A stretch of 33,797 bases of DNA from Anaerolineae bacterium (GTDB lineage Bacteria > Chloroflexota > Anaerolineae > UBA7937 > B3-Chlor), in assembly GCA_035256725.1 (NCBI GenBank), contig DATEXS010000347.1, positions 1-33,797 of the forward strand, read 5' to 3'. A program made the position numbers and the translations under genes. Positions 24,213-32,809 of this stretch are shown here, piece after piece. The notes below the pieces were generated by a model. That model did no database searches. It saw only the letters and a program-made list of their open reading frames with translations, and was not told the origin of the DNA. Positions within the stretch are counted from its first letter, which is position 1. Each line of letters starts with the position of its first letter.

Positions 24213-26129
24213 CTAGTGATCCTTCTCCATGCTGGCCAGCACCTTGGCGACAGCTTCTATAGCCGCCCTCTGCTTCCTGTATAGATCGGACTCGCTCATG
24301 GAGAGTCGCATGGCAATCTGAGTGATTCTGAGCCCTTTGATAAACTTCATCTCCAGTATGTTATAGAGTATCCATTCCTTCGTGGTTAGATTCCTCTGAC
24401 TCTCTGGTGGCTTGAGAGCCTCGATTGCCTTGTAGAGTACCGAACGAAGCGCCTTGGTGGGAACCTGCCCACTCTCCTCTGCATACTTCTGGACGATCTT
24501 CATCCTGAGCAAGGGGCTTTCCGTCAGACCGGGCCCGCCCCAGTAGTGGCTCAGGGCCTCCTTGACCGCCTTGGGGAAGCCAGGTGCGCGTACCGGGCTG
24601 TGCTCTATGGGTTCCAACATAGGAGAGCCAACGTAGCGGGGGCGGCTTTGCCAACGCTGAATGGACTCGATCTCGGGGGTCAGCTCCCACAAGAGGGTGA
24701 AGATGCCCCGCTGCAACTGCCAGTCCTCCAGCGCCAGCTCCGCCTGTCCGATCAGAGTCAGCGCGACTTCGTTCTCCCTGTCACTCAGTTGCGGCTGCTC
24801 CGCAGGCGGGCTGACGCCTAGGATGCCCAGGATCTGATCGCGAGAACGTGTGCGCAGCGGCAGAAGCCAGTAGTCGCCCTGCCTCGCGAAGGCCTCCACG
24901 ACACGAGCCTGCTCGTGATCCGGCTGACTCTCAGCCAGCACTTCGGCCAGGTTGTCCAGCTCATACTCACGAATGAAATGGCTTGCCACTGCGCGAGTGC
25001 CGACAAAGGCCTGCACTTGTGGAGTTCCGCCCCGCTTGGTCACGACGAAGCCGGTGGTAACCCCCAGCACGTCGCAACAGGCGGAGAGGATGTTCTCCAG
25101 CAGTTGCGCTAGGTCAGTGGTGGTCAGCAACCGCGTGTCCAGTTCTCGAATCCAGGTGATCTCGGCACTATCGCGCCGATAGATGAGCAGATCGATGAAC
25201 GGGGTGAGCGCGCTGATGAGCACTTGAAGCGAGACGATCCCCACCACCACGGCGAACACAAGCACGGTATCGCGCGGCAACCCGAGGATGTTTTCCACAC
25301 GTGGCACGACCAGCATCAGCGCTATCAGGCAGACGCCTACGAAAGGACCGCGCAGCAGGTAGTTGACCAGGCTTCTCTTGACTACCCTGTCGGGCATCAA
25401 AGCCCCGTAGAAGGCCACGCTGTAAGCCAGCACTACGGTCATGAGGACGATGCCGACATTGCCCATCAGGGTTATGAACAACAGGAGGTTGGGTGAGAAG
25501 TGGTTGGGAAGGCTGGCCAGGAGCATGTACGGGAAGACCCCTAGCGCAGGCGCGGCGAAGGAAACGGCCAGATACGTCATCCGGCGCCTGGAGGTTGAGG
25601 TGACGGTCCGCTGGCGCGCTCGGTACGTGTTCAGTACCCCCATACCGGTGACCAAGAAAAAATACGCTGAGAAGATCCAGAACAAAGGCCCGGCCTGGAA
25701 GTACACCGCCCACGAGGTGTCTACACCGTCCCTGACCAAGAAGTCAGTGAAGACAGTTAGCAGCACGAGGAGCGAGCCAAACAGATAGGTGGTTGTTACC
25801 AGGACTCTGCGCAGGCGTGAGAACGAATTGGTGGTCCTCAACACGGCATCGGAGAATTGTAGATAGGCAGCCGGTATGAACGCAATCCCCAGCCACTGGA
25901 ACTTGAGCCACAGGAAGCTGGTAGCCGGCTCTTGGACGTTGATCAGTATAACATCGGCCGCGTGCACGATGGTCACAAAGGCAAGCAGGGCGCAGAAAGC
26001 CCGCGCTACCGAGTTGCGCAGGTTGTGGCTCAGGATGTAGGCCAGCAGCGAGAAGGCGACGATGACGTTGGTGGCGGAGAGTATGAGATTCCACACAGAC
26101 AGGACGCCGGTCAGCGTCACGCCACCCAT
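24213..26129 (-). CDS. Polytopic (about 7 TM) membrane protein with a GAF-like middle domain and a C-terminal sigma-70-region-4/LuxR-like HTH
   Basis: About seven hydrophobic helices in the first ~330 aa. The C-terminus EWILYNILEMKFIKGLRITQIAMRLSMSESDLYRKQRAAIEAVAKVL has the region 4.2 HTH pattern. The ATG at 26129 is preceded by GAGGGAGGG. The track ORF extends to a TTG at 26192. Confidence 0.75.
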   Translation of the reverse strand: MGGVTLTGVLSVWNLILSATNVIVAFSLLAYILSHNLRNSVARAFCALLAFVTIVHAADVILINVQEPATSFLWLKFQWLGIAFIPAAYLQFSDAVLRTTNSFSRLRRVLVTTTYLFGSLLVLLTVFTDFLVRDGVDTSWAVYFQAGPLFWIFSAYFFLVTGMGVLNTYRARQRTVTSTSRRRMTYLAVSFAAPALGVFPYMLLASLPNHFSPNLLLFITLMGNVGIVLMTVVLAYSVAFYGALMPDRVVKRSLVNYLLRGPFVGVCLIALMLVVPRVENILGLPRDTVLVFAVVVGIVSLQVLISALTPFIDLLIYRRDSAEITWIRELDTRLLTTTDLAQLLENILSACCDVLGVTTGFVVTKRGGTPQVQAFVGTRAVASHFIREYELDNLAEVLAESQPDHEQARVVEAFARQGDYWLLPLRTRSRDQILGILGVSPPAEQPQLSDRENEVALTLIGQAELALEDWQLQRGIFTLLWELTPEIESIQRWQSRPRYVGSPMLEPIEHSPVRAPGFPKAVKEALSHYWGGPGLTESPLLRMKIVQKYAEESGQVPTKALRSVLYKAIEALKPPESQRNLTTKEWILYNILEMKFIKGLRITQIAMRLSMSESDLYRKQRAAIEAVAKVLASMEKDH

Positions 26130-26219
26130 TACGCCCTCCCTCGTCCTTGCGCCAGGCCTTCCAGGCGAGCTGGTCCATCCAACTGCGGGCAATCCGCGAG
26201 CATGACAAACAACCTTCTC

Positions 26220-27020
26220 TTATCCACCGGGTATCAGTCTGACGTAGTAGTATACGAAAACCACCACAAACAGCAGGCTGTCCATGCGATCCAGCACGCC
26301 GCCGTGCCCAGGCACCAGTCCACCGGAGTCCTTCACTCCCATCTGCCGCTTGATCAGCGATTCCGCGAGGTCGCCGCAGATTGCCGCCAGCGAACAAACG
26401 AGGCCTAGACCCAGAGTCCAAAGCACTGACAATCCCAGCGCCATGCCGAGAAGCACAACCACCAGCGTGCCGCCCAGCCAGCCCGCCAGGGCACCTTCGA
26501 GGGTCTTATGGGGGCTGACGCCGACGAAGAAGCTATGCCTGCCCCACGCGCGCCCGCAGACATAGGCGAAGCTGTCGCAGCTCCAGGCGGCTGCCAGTGC
26601 CAGCAGCATCCACTCCAGGCCACCAGGTAGAGCCCTGAGGAGGACAAAATGTGCAGAGAGCCACCCCAGGTAGAGCCCTCCAGCCAGCGTGATGGCCCAG
26701 TCAAGGTAGGGCTGCTGGCTGGCGGAAGTACGGACGAGCTGCCACGCCAGAGAGGAGAGAAAGATCAGCAACAACCCACCCTGGGCCACCTCGGGAGGTA
26801 GCCAGGCCCAGGCGATGACCAGAAACGCCGTGAGCCCGTACTGCATAGTGCGCAGGGGCCCATACCCGGATCGTGCGACCATGCTTTGGTACTCGCGCCC
26901 ACCTAACAGTGCCATCGCGAGCACCACGCCCATAAACGGAACCCCGCCCACACATACGGCGGATAGGCTTACCACCCCATAGATCAGGCCACTTACGATA
27001 CGACGCCGGAGAACAGACAA
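26220..27020 (-). CDS. cdsA: Phosphatidate cytidylyltransferase
   Basis: Multi-TM protein with the signature GDLAESLIKRQMGVKDSGGLVPGHGGVLDRMDSLLF. The TTG start is 1 nt after the uppS stop. Confidence 0.92.
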   Translation of the reverse strand: MSVLRRRIVSGLIYGVVSLSAVCVGGVPFMGVVLAMALLGGREYQSMVARSGYGPLRTMQYGLTAFLVIAWAWLPPEVAQGGLLLIFLSSLAWQLVRTSASQQPYLDWAITLAGGLYLGWLSAHFVLLRALPGGLEWMLLALAAAWSCDSFAYVCGRAWGRHSFFVGVSPHKTLEGALAGWLGGTLVVVLLGMALGLSVLWTLGLGLVCSLAAICGDLAESLIKRQMGVKDSGGLVPGHGGVLDRMDSLLFVVVFVYYYVRLIPGG

Positions 27021-27021
27021 T

Positions 27022-27735
27022 CTATACTTTCAGCCTGCCAAAGCGCCTCTCTCGCTGAGCATAGGCCAGAAAGGCCTTGCTGAGTTCCTCCTTATCGAAG
27101 TCCGGCCAGTAAGTGGATGTCGAGTAGTACTCCGCATAGGCCGACTGCCAGATGAGGAAATTGCTGAGCCTCATCTCACCACCTGTGCGGATTATCAAGT
27201 CCGGGTCAGGTAATCCAGCGGTGTACAGGTATTGGCCGAATAGGTCCTCGTCCAGATCACCCCGGTCCACGTCGTCCTCAAGGATTCTCTGAACGGCACG
27301 AACGATCTCGGCTCGACCGCCATAATTGAAGGCCACATTCAGCGTCAGGCCGGTGTTCTCCTTGGTCAACTCGATAGCACCCAGGACTCCCTGTTTCAGC
27401 CTGTCCGGAAGGCCTTCCAGTTCGCCAACATGGCACAGCTTCACACCCTCGCGGTGGAGGTTCTCTACCTCGTTCTCCAGAACCCGCTCCAGGATCCCTA
27501 TCAGCCCGCGCACTTCTTCGCGAGGGCGATACCAGTTCTCGGTGGAGAAGGCATAGATGGTGACTATCTTGACCCCATACTCACCGCAGGCACGCAGGAC
27601 ACGACGAATGTTCTCAGTGCCGGCTCGATGGCCCTCCAGTCGCGGCAAGCCGTGCTGCTGTGCCCAGCGGCCATTCCCGTCCATGATGATGCCAATGTGA
27701 TAGGGTACGGGTGTCAGAGACTCAGTGGGGTCCAT
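27022..27735 (-). CDS. uppS: Isoprenyl transferase (undecaprenyl/decaprenyl diphosphate synthase)
   Basis: HIGIIMDGNGRWA, FSTENWYRP and RTGGEMRLSNFLIWQSAYAEYY are cis-prenyltransferase signatures. Confidence 0.95.
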   Translation of the reverse strand: MDPTESLTPVPYHIGIIMDGNGRWAQQHGLPRLEGHRAGTENIRRVLRACGEYGVKIVTIYAFSTENWYRPREEVRGLIGILERVLENEVENLHREGVKLCHVGELEGLPDRLKQGVLGAIELTKENTGLTLNVAFNYGGRAEIVRAVQRILEDDVDRGDLDEDLFGQYLYTAGLPDPDLIIRTGGEMRLSNFLIWQSAYAEYYSTSTYWPDFDKEELSKAFLAYAQRERRFGRLKV

Positions 27736-27743
27736 GGACCAAC

Positions 27744-28301
27744 CTATACTTCCATGATCTGCTTTTCCTTGGACGCACCAACCTCATCTATCTCTTCGAT
27801 CAGCCGATCTGTCAGCTCCTGCATCCTGTCCTTGCCGCGGTAGTAGTCATCTTCAGAGAGAAGCTTCTCCTTCTCCAGATCTTTCAAGTCCTGAAGGCCG
27901 TCGCGCCGGCAATTGCGCACGGCGACCCTCGCCTCCTCAGTCCTCTTCTGCACCATCTTGACCAATTCAAGACGGCGTTCTTCCGTCAACCGGGGTATGG
28001 ACAGACGGATTACCTTGCCATCGTTGGCAGGCGTCAGGCCCAGATCAGACTTGAGGATGGCCTTCTCTATCTGCTCCAGGGACGCCGGATCATAGGGTCT
28101 AATAACCAGCAGCCTTGGCTCGGGAACGGAGATAGTGGACAGTTGATTCAGGGGAACGTTTGTTCCATAGTAGTCAACCTGTAAGCGCTCCACCAACGAG
28201 GGCGAGGCCCTTCCGGTCCGTATGTTGACTAGGTCCGCCTGTAGGGCCTCTATGCACTTGTTCATCCGCTCTTCGGTATCCACTAACACGTCTTCGATCA
28301 T
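27744..28301 (-). CDS. frr: Ribosome recycling factor
   Basis: [46 protein letters not shown] is a typical Frr N-terminus. The ATG at 28301 is preceded by GGATGGAGGG, and this start avoids overlap with pyrH. Confidence 0.93.
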   Translation of the reverse strand: MIEDVLVDTEERMNKCIEALQADLVNIRTGRASPSLVERLQVDYYGTNVPLNQLSTISVPEPRLLVIRPYDPASLEQIEKAILKSDLGLTPANDGKVIRLSIPRLTEERRLELVKMVQKRTEEARVAVRNCRRDGLQDLKDLEKEKLLSEDDYYRGKDRMQELTDRLIEEIDEVGASKEKQIMEV

Positions 28302-28333
28302 CCGGGACCCTCCATCCTGCAAACCAACCGCTG

Positions 28334-29056
28334 TCAACCGGCGGAAACCAGCGTACCCAATTCCTCTCCACAGACCAGTCTCACGAGCCCATCGGGCACC
28401 CAGAGGCTGATAACGATAATGGGCATGTTGTTGTCCATACAGAGTGAGATCGCGGTGCTGTCCATCACCCCCACTCTGAGCTCGAGCGCCTCCAGGTAGG
28501 TCAACCGCTCCAGCTTCCTGGCGTGAGCGACCACTTTGGGATCAGCATCGTAGACGGCGTCGACCTTGGTAGCCTTGATCAGAATCTCGGCATCGACCTC
28601 CATCGCCCTCAGGGCCGCCGCCGTGTCGGTGGTGAAATAGGGGTTGCCGGTACCCGCACCCATGATCACCACGCGCCCTTTCTCCAGGTGTCTGATGGCC
28701 CGCAACCTTATGTAGGGCTCCGCCACCGCGCGCATCTCAATAGCGGTCTGAACCCGTGTAGTCACGCCCATGTTCTCCAGGGCATCCTGAAGGGCCAGCG
28801 CGTTGATCACGGTGGCCAACATGCCCATGTGATCGGCTGTGGACCTGTCCATGCCTTGGGCTATGCCGTTCTGGCCACGCCATATGTTCCCTGCGCCGAT
28901 GACACTGGCCACCTCCACCCCGCAGTCCTTGACCCTCTTGACGAGGGAGGCAACCTCAGCGAGTCTCTGGGCATCTATCCCGAAGCCCCCCGGGCCGGCC
29001 AGCGCTTCTCCCCCCAGCTTGAGGAGTATTCTTTTGTACTTAGGCTTGTTACCCAT
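28334..29056 (-). CDS. pyrH: UMP kinase
   Basis: [15 protein letters not shown] and [19 protein letters not shown] motifs. The start is trimmed to the ATG at 29056. The upstream 71 codons of the track ORF are R/H-rich and would overlap tsf. Confidence 0.93.
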   Translation of the reverse strand: MGNKPKYKRILLKLGGEALAGPGGFGIDAQRLAEVASLVKRVKDCGVEVASVIGAGNIWRGQNGIAQGMDRSTADHMGMLATVINALALQDALENMGVTTRVQTAIEMRAVAEPYIRLRAIRHLEKGRVVIMGAGTGNPYFTTDTAAALRAMEVDAEILIKATKVDAVYDADPKVVAHARKLERLTYLEALELRVGVMDSTAISLCMDNNMPIIVISLWVPDGLVRLVCGEELGTLVSAG

Positions 29057-29136
29057 CACCACGACACTTGGCAGCCGCCGGGCAGCCCCGTCGCTTTCCC
29101 ATGGATGCTCCAAAGCCCAGATCAGCTTGCGATGGA

Positions 29137-29730
29137 CTAGTCCCCGCCGAGCTCGAATCGGGCAAATCGTCGGACTCTTATGTTCTCGCCCAGCTTGGCG
29201 ATCCCGGTGGTTATGAGATCGCGTATTGTGATCTCCTCGTCCTTGATAAAGGGCTGCTCCAGCAAGCATACTTCCTGGTAGTGCTTCTTCAGCTTGCCCT
29301 CCAAGATCCTGTCCATGACCTCTTCAGGCTTGCCGGGCCCCACCTGCTGGCGCTGCCACTCGCGCTCGCGCTCGACCACCTCCGCGGGCACGTCCTCTGG
29401 CGCGAGATACAGCGGGTTGGAGGCTGCTATCTGCAAGGCCACGTGGTGAACCAAGTCCCGGAATTCATCCGTTCGTGCTACGAAGTCAGTCTCGCAATTG
29501 ACCTCCACCAGCACGCCGAGCTTGCCGCCAGCGTGGATATACGCCTCCACCAAGCCCTCTTTCGCTTCCCGTTCAGCCTTCTTCTCAGCAAGGGCCAGGC
29601 CCTTCTTCCTCAGCAGTTCCGCTGCCTTGTCAAAATCCCCTTCCACGTCTTGAAGGGCGTTCCTGCAATCCAGGACTCCTGCACCAGTTTTTGCGCGCAG
29701 CTCCTTAACCATTTCGATAGTAATCGCCAT
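29137..29730 (-). CDS. tsf: Translation elongation factor Ts (short ~197 aa form)
   Basis: N-terminal UBA-like [21 protein letters not shown] and the core [12 protein letters not shown]. The ATG abuts the rpsB stop. Confidence 0.95.
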   Translation of the reverse strand: MAITIEMVKELRAKTGAGVLDCRNALQDVEGDFDKAAELLRKKGLALAEKKAEREAKEGLVEAYIHAGGKLGVLVEVNCETDFVARTDEFRDLVHHVALQIAASNPLYLAPEDVPAEVVEREREWQRQQVGPGKPEEVMDRILEGKLKKHYQEVCLLEQPFIKDEEITIRDLITTGIAKLGENIRVRRFARFELGGD

Positions 29731-30630
29731 CTATTCTTCCTCGTCGGTCTCCTTGGTATCGTCAGTGTCGGCAAGACGGCGGCCGATGCTCTCGACCTGA
29801 AACTCCCTGGGACCCTCATCCTCCTCGGCCTCGGGCTCTGCCGTGAAGTCTTCCACGGTGACCACGACCTCCTCCTCGGGTGCGCGCTCAGCCCACTCCT
29901 CGGCCTCTTCCGCTATCTCCTCTTCTTCCTCAGCCAGGAGGACTGCCCGGATGTGCTGACCCTCGATGACCGCATCAGCCAGCTTGGTGCACATGAGCCT
30001 GATGGACCTGATGGCGTCATCGTTGGCAGGTATTACGTGGTCAATCGCAGCGGGGTCGCAGTTCGTGTCCACCATGGCTATTATCGGTATGTTGAGTTTA
30101 TTTGCTTCCTTGACCGCGATCTGCTCACGCCTGACGTCCGTGATGAACACCAGGCTGGGCAAACGATCCATGTTCTTGATCCCGCCCAGCCTGCGGTTCA
30201 GCTTCGACATCTCCCGCTCCAGGACGAGGATCTCCTTCTTGGTCAGCTTCTCGAACTCGCCTCTCTCGTGACTCCGTTCCAGGTCTTTCAAGTGCTCGAT
30301 GCGCTGCCGGATCGTACGGAAGTTGGTCAGCGTGCCCCCCAACCAGCGCTCGTTGACGTAGGACATGCCACATCTCTCCGCAGACTCCGAGATACTATCC
30401 TGGGCCTGCTTCTTCGTACCGACGAACAGCAGCATGCCACCGTTGCTGATGTCCTCCTTGATTAGCTCAGTGGCTTCGCCCAGCCGCTCAATGGTCTGCT
30501 GGATGTCGATAATATGGATGCCGTTGCGCTCGGTGAAGATGAACGAACGCATCTTGGGATGCCAGCGCTTCACCCGATGCCCAAAGTGGACGCCAGCCTC
30601 GAGCAACTCCTTCATCTCTACTACAGCCAT
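29731..30630 (-). CDS. rpsB: 30S ribosomal protein S2 with an acidic C-terminal extension
   Basis: [22 protein letters not shown] and LGGIKNM motifs. The ATG at 30630 is preceded by GAAGGAG 8 nt upstream. The C-terminal ~60 aa are E/D-rich. Confidence 0.95.
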   Translation of the reverse strand: MAVVEMKELLEAGVHFGHRVKRWHPKMRSFIFTERNGIHIIDIQQTIERLGEATELIKEDISNGGMLLFVGTKKQAQDSISESAERCGMSYVNERWLGGTLTNFRTIRQRIEHLKDLERSHERGEFEKLTKKEILVLEREMSKLNRRLGGIKNMDRLPSLVFITDVRREQIAVKEANKLNIPIIAMVDTNCDPAAIDHVIPANDDAIRSIRLMCTKLADAVIEGQHIRAVLLAEEEEEIAEEAEEWAERAPEEEVVVTVEDFTAEPEAEEDEGPREFQVESIGRRLADTDDTKETDEEE

Positions 30631-30758
30631 GGTCAGACTCCTTCTCTTGTTTTCGACTTCCGCCCTCTTCCTCCCAGACGGGAACCCGGGATACGCATTC
30701 ACTCCACACAGCCGGGCACTCCCCGCACGGTCAGAGGGCGTGCTTTCTCCAGACAACC

Positions 30759-30772
30759 ATTATATCATATCA
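30759..30772 (-). promoter_or_regulatory. Candidate extended -10 promoter for rpsB
   Basis: The minus strand has overlapping TGATATGAT and TGATATAAT (TGnTATAAT type). The nearest TTGACT (30793-30798) is 23-28 nt away, so no properly spaced -35 exists. Confidence 0.4.
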
Positions 30773-31165
30773 CATCGCACCCCCACAGGCAAAGTCAAGG
30801 TCTGCTTGGGTGAGTCAACTCTTGCTGAACATCAGGCGCACCGAACGCCGAATGCCCGCTCCTGGGCGACCTCTTCTTGCTCGCCCAGCCCGCCGCCGGA
30901 AGCCCGCGTGCATCGCTTGTCCACCACCCGGCAAGACCGCTGGTTAGAAGAGGAAAGGCCCGTCAGCTGCACTCCCCAGCTCCTTGCCGCGCCGTCCGTT
31001 GCGGTCCCCCGACAGCCAGACTCCGGGTAACCACGCGCCCCGTTCCGAGGCTCCCACAGAACATAATAGATGTCGCAGCCAGTGGTCGGGCCACCGGCCA
31101 AGGCGACCCCAACCGGGGTCTTGTGTAGGCCCGAGTACCGTTCTTCCACACCATCCAATGCAGCC

Positions 31166-31194
31166 TTGAGGTTATGCGTGCACTGTGTTATACT
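31166..31194 (+). promoter_or_regulatory. Sigma-70-type promoter for the Trm112-like gene
   Basis: TTGAGG-ttatgcgtgcactgtgt(17)-TATACT with an extended -10 TG, 46 nt upstream of the ATG at 31240. Confidence 0.55.
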
Positions 31195-31239
31195 GAAACC
31201 GGCTTCGCGCCAAGCAGAGGACGGAGAGGAGACACCGAA

Positions 31240-31440
31240 ATGATCAGTGAGGACTTGCTGGCTATTCTGGCGTGTCCCGCTTGCAAGACCAAGGTCGAGC
31301 TGGTCAAGGACACCTGGCTGGTTTGCACCAACCTTGAGTGTCGCCGTAAATACCCGATACGAGATGGAATCCCCATCATGCTTATCGAAGAAGGGGACAA
31401 GCACGTGAATGTGGAGGTTAAAGACCTGGGCACACCCTAG
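31240..31440 (+). CDS. Trm112/UPF0434 family small zinc-ribbon-like protein
   Basis: LLAILACPACKTKV ... YPIRDGIPIMLIEE is the family hallmark. SD GGAGAGGAG precedes the ATG at 31240. Confidence 0.85.
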   Translation: MISEDLLAILACPACKTKVELVKDTWLVCTNLECRRKYPIRDGIPIMLIEEGDKHVNVEVKDLGTP

Positions 31441-31579
31441 GGGGACATTCGCCCGGCTGCAACTGACGCGCTCTTGACTGTGACCCGCGGTGCCGGTAGC
31501 AGATGGTCCCGGGAAAGCGCGCGCGGCGCCCCATAGAGCGTGCCAATCCCCAACTTGCCCTGAAAGGAGGAATCCGGCA

Positions 31580-31828
31580 GTGGCCGAAAAGGAGATCGGA
31601 ACAATCATCAACTACTTCTCGAGGATCGGCGTAGCCGTGATCCAGTTGACCGCTCCGCTCGAGATAGGAGACGAGATCCATATCAAGGGGGGAGATCGCG
31701 ACTTCCAGCAGAAGGTGGAGTCGATGCAGATCGAGCATCAACCCATCGAGAAGGCGGAAGCCGGCCAGGAGGTTGCGCTCAAGCTGGATCAGAAGGCCCG
31801 TCCCCACGACTCTGTATACAAGATGTAG
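31580..31828 (+). CDS. Stand-alone translation-factor domain II-like beta-barrel protein (83 aa)
   Basis: IGVAVIQLTAPLEIGDEIHIKG ... VESMQIEHQPIEKAEAGQEVALKL resembles EF-Tu/IF2 domain II. The GTG at 31580 is preceded by AAAGGAGGA 8 nt upstream. Confidence 0.7.
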   Translation: MAEKEIGTIINYFSRIGVAVIQLTAPLEIGDEIHIKGGDRDFQQKVESMQIEHQPIEKAEAGQEVALKLDQKARPHDSVYKM

Positions 31829-32298
31829 GGCGGGCTTTCTTCAGAGCCCACAATGCTGCTCTGTCCTCGTCGGCCACTCAGGCATCCGGGGATCGACGCC
31901 TGAGCGACGGGTCAGCCGGGAAAGATTCGCGTCCTGTGGTCGCCGGCCAGGCGAACCCTGGAGCCTTAGGCCTCCGGAGGTGGAACTGCCAGCGCCGCCG
32001 GGAAGCATGCACCGCAGGCCGAGCACCTAGGGCCGCCGGCTTGTGCGGAAGCCCAGGCATGCCAAGACCCCAAGTTGCGCAGTATGGCCCCCGCTAGCAT
32101 CGAAGATAGTATAGTAGCCCTCGGTGCTGCTGCCAACGGGACTAGCGGCGAGAATTCGTCAGCTCTTGCCTAAACAGGGAAGAGAAGGCTACCTGACTTC
32201 CGCTTCGTCAAGTGGGGCTATCTGAGGCGAGGAGGGCGCTGTTCTCACCGGCACGACACGGCCATCCAAATGGCCCGGGGGAAAGACTTGGGGAGGAG

Positions 32299-32721
32299 AT
32301 GGTGGCTGAGGCGACCGTCAAGTGGATAGGCAATGGAGAGTTCGTAGGGACGGACAGCACCAAGCATAGCGTAGTCATGTCCACCCAGGACGAAGCGAAT
32401 GGAACTGGCATGAAGCCTTCCGAGCTCCTGCTCGTGGCCCTCGGCGGCTGCACCGCGGTGGACGTGGTGTCTATCCTGAAGAAACGGCGGGAGAAGCTTG
32501 AGGATCTTGACATCCACATTGAGGGCGAGCAGGACCCCAATCCACCTTGGACTTACCGTAGGATTCACCTGACCTACACGTTTCATGGCGCTAGGCTCTC
32601 CGAGGCGAGCGTCAAGCGTGCCATCGAGCTCTCCGAAGAGAAATTCTGCTCGGTCCGTGCTACCGTCTCGGGGACAGCCGAGGTCACCAGTAGCTACAAG
32701 ATCGTCTCGGACAACCTGTGA
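32299..32721 (+). CDS. OsmC/Ohr family peroxiredoxin-like protein
   Basis: MKPSELLLVALGGCTAVDV and EEKFCSVRATV carry the two conserved Cys of the OsmC family. GGGGAGGAG lies immediately upstream. The start is the ATG at 32299 or the GTG at 32302. Confidence 0.85.
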   Translation: MVAEATVKWIGNGEFVGTDSTKHSVVMSTQDEANGTGMKPSELLLVALGGCTAVDVVSILKKRREKLEDLDIHIEGEQDPNPPWTYRRIHLTYTFHGARLSEASVKRAIELSEEKFCSVRATVSGTAEVTSSYKIVSDNL

Positions 32722-32736
32722 TCCACAGCATTGGCA

Positions 32737-32772
32737 GGCGAGGGTGCCAGTACGCTGGTCCGCGCCCTCGCC
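32737..32772 (+). terminator. Candidate terminator after the OsmC gene
   Basis: A GGCGAGGG / CCCTCGCC stem with an inner CCAG-TACG-CTGG stem, followed by GCGCUUGUGAUUCUG. Confidence 0.4.
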
Positions 32773-32809
32773 GCGCTTGTGATTCTGCCGAGATGCTTCG
32801 AGGAGGACA

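Noticed and set aside
28334-29269. N-terminally extended ORF-track versions of pyrH (to 29269), rpsB (to 30756), gcvPA (to 21634), gcvH (to 21954), frr (to 28337) and the OsmC gene (from 32212)
   Set aside because: The extensions are R/G/H-rich, overlap the neighbouring gene or lack an SD. Internal starts give canonical family N-termini preceded by GGAGG-type SD sites.
29068-30465. 465 aa plus-strand ORF
   Set aside because: It is entirely antisense to the well-supported tsf and rpsB genes. It is L/R/H/G-rich and has no recognisable motifs, which is typical of shadow ORFs in GC-rich DNA.
30950-31062. RNase P RNA-like words GAGGAAAGG (30950-30958) and ACAGAAC (31056-31062)
   Set aside because: The two words are only ~100 nt apart, against ~250 nt in bacterial RNase P RNA. 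The other conserved P4/J-region sequences are absent, so this is a chance resemblance.
30832-31611. 259 aa minus-strand ORF spanning the rpsB/Trm112 intergenic region
   Set aside because: Its 5' half is antisense to the Trm112-like gene and its promoter. The remaining ~110 codons have no ATG and no SD, and are G/R/C-rich. They are kept only as part of the unexplained-region finding.
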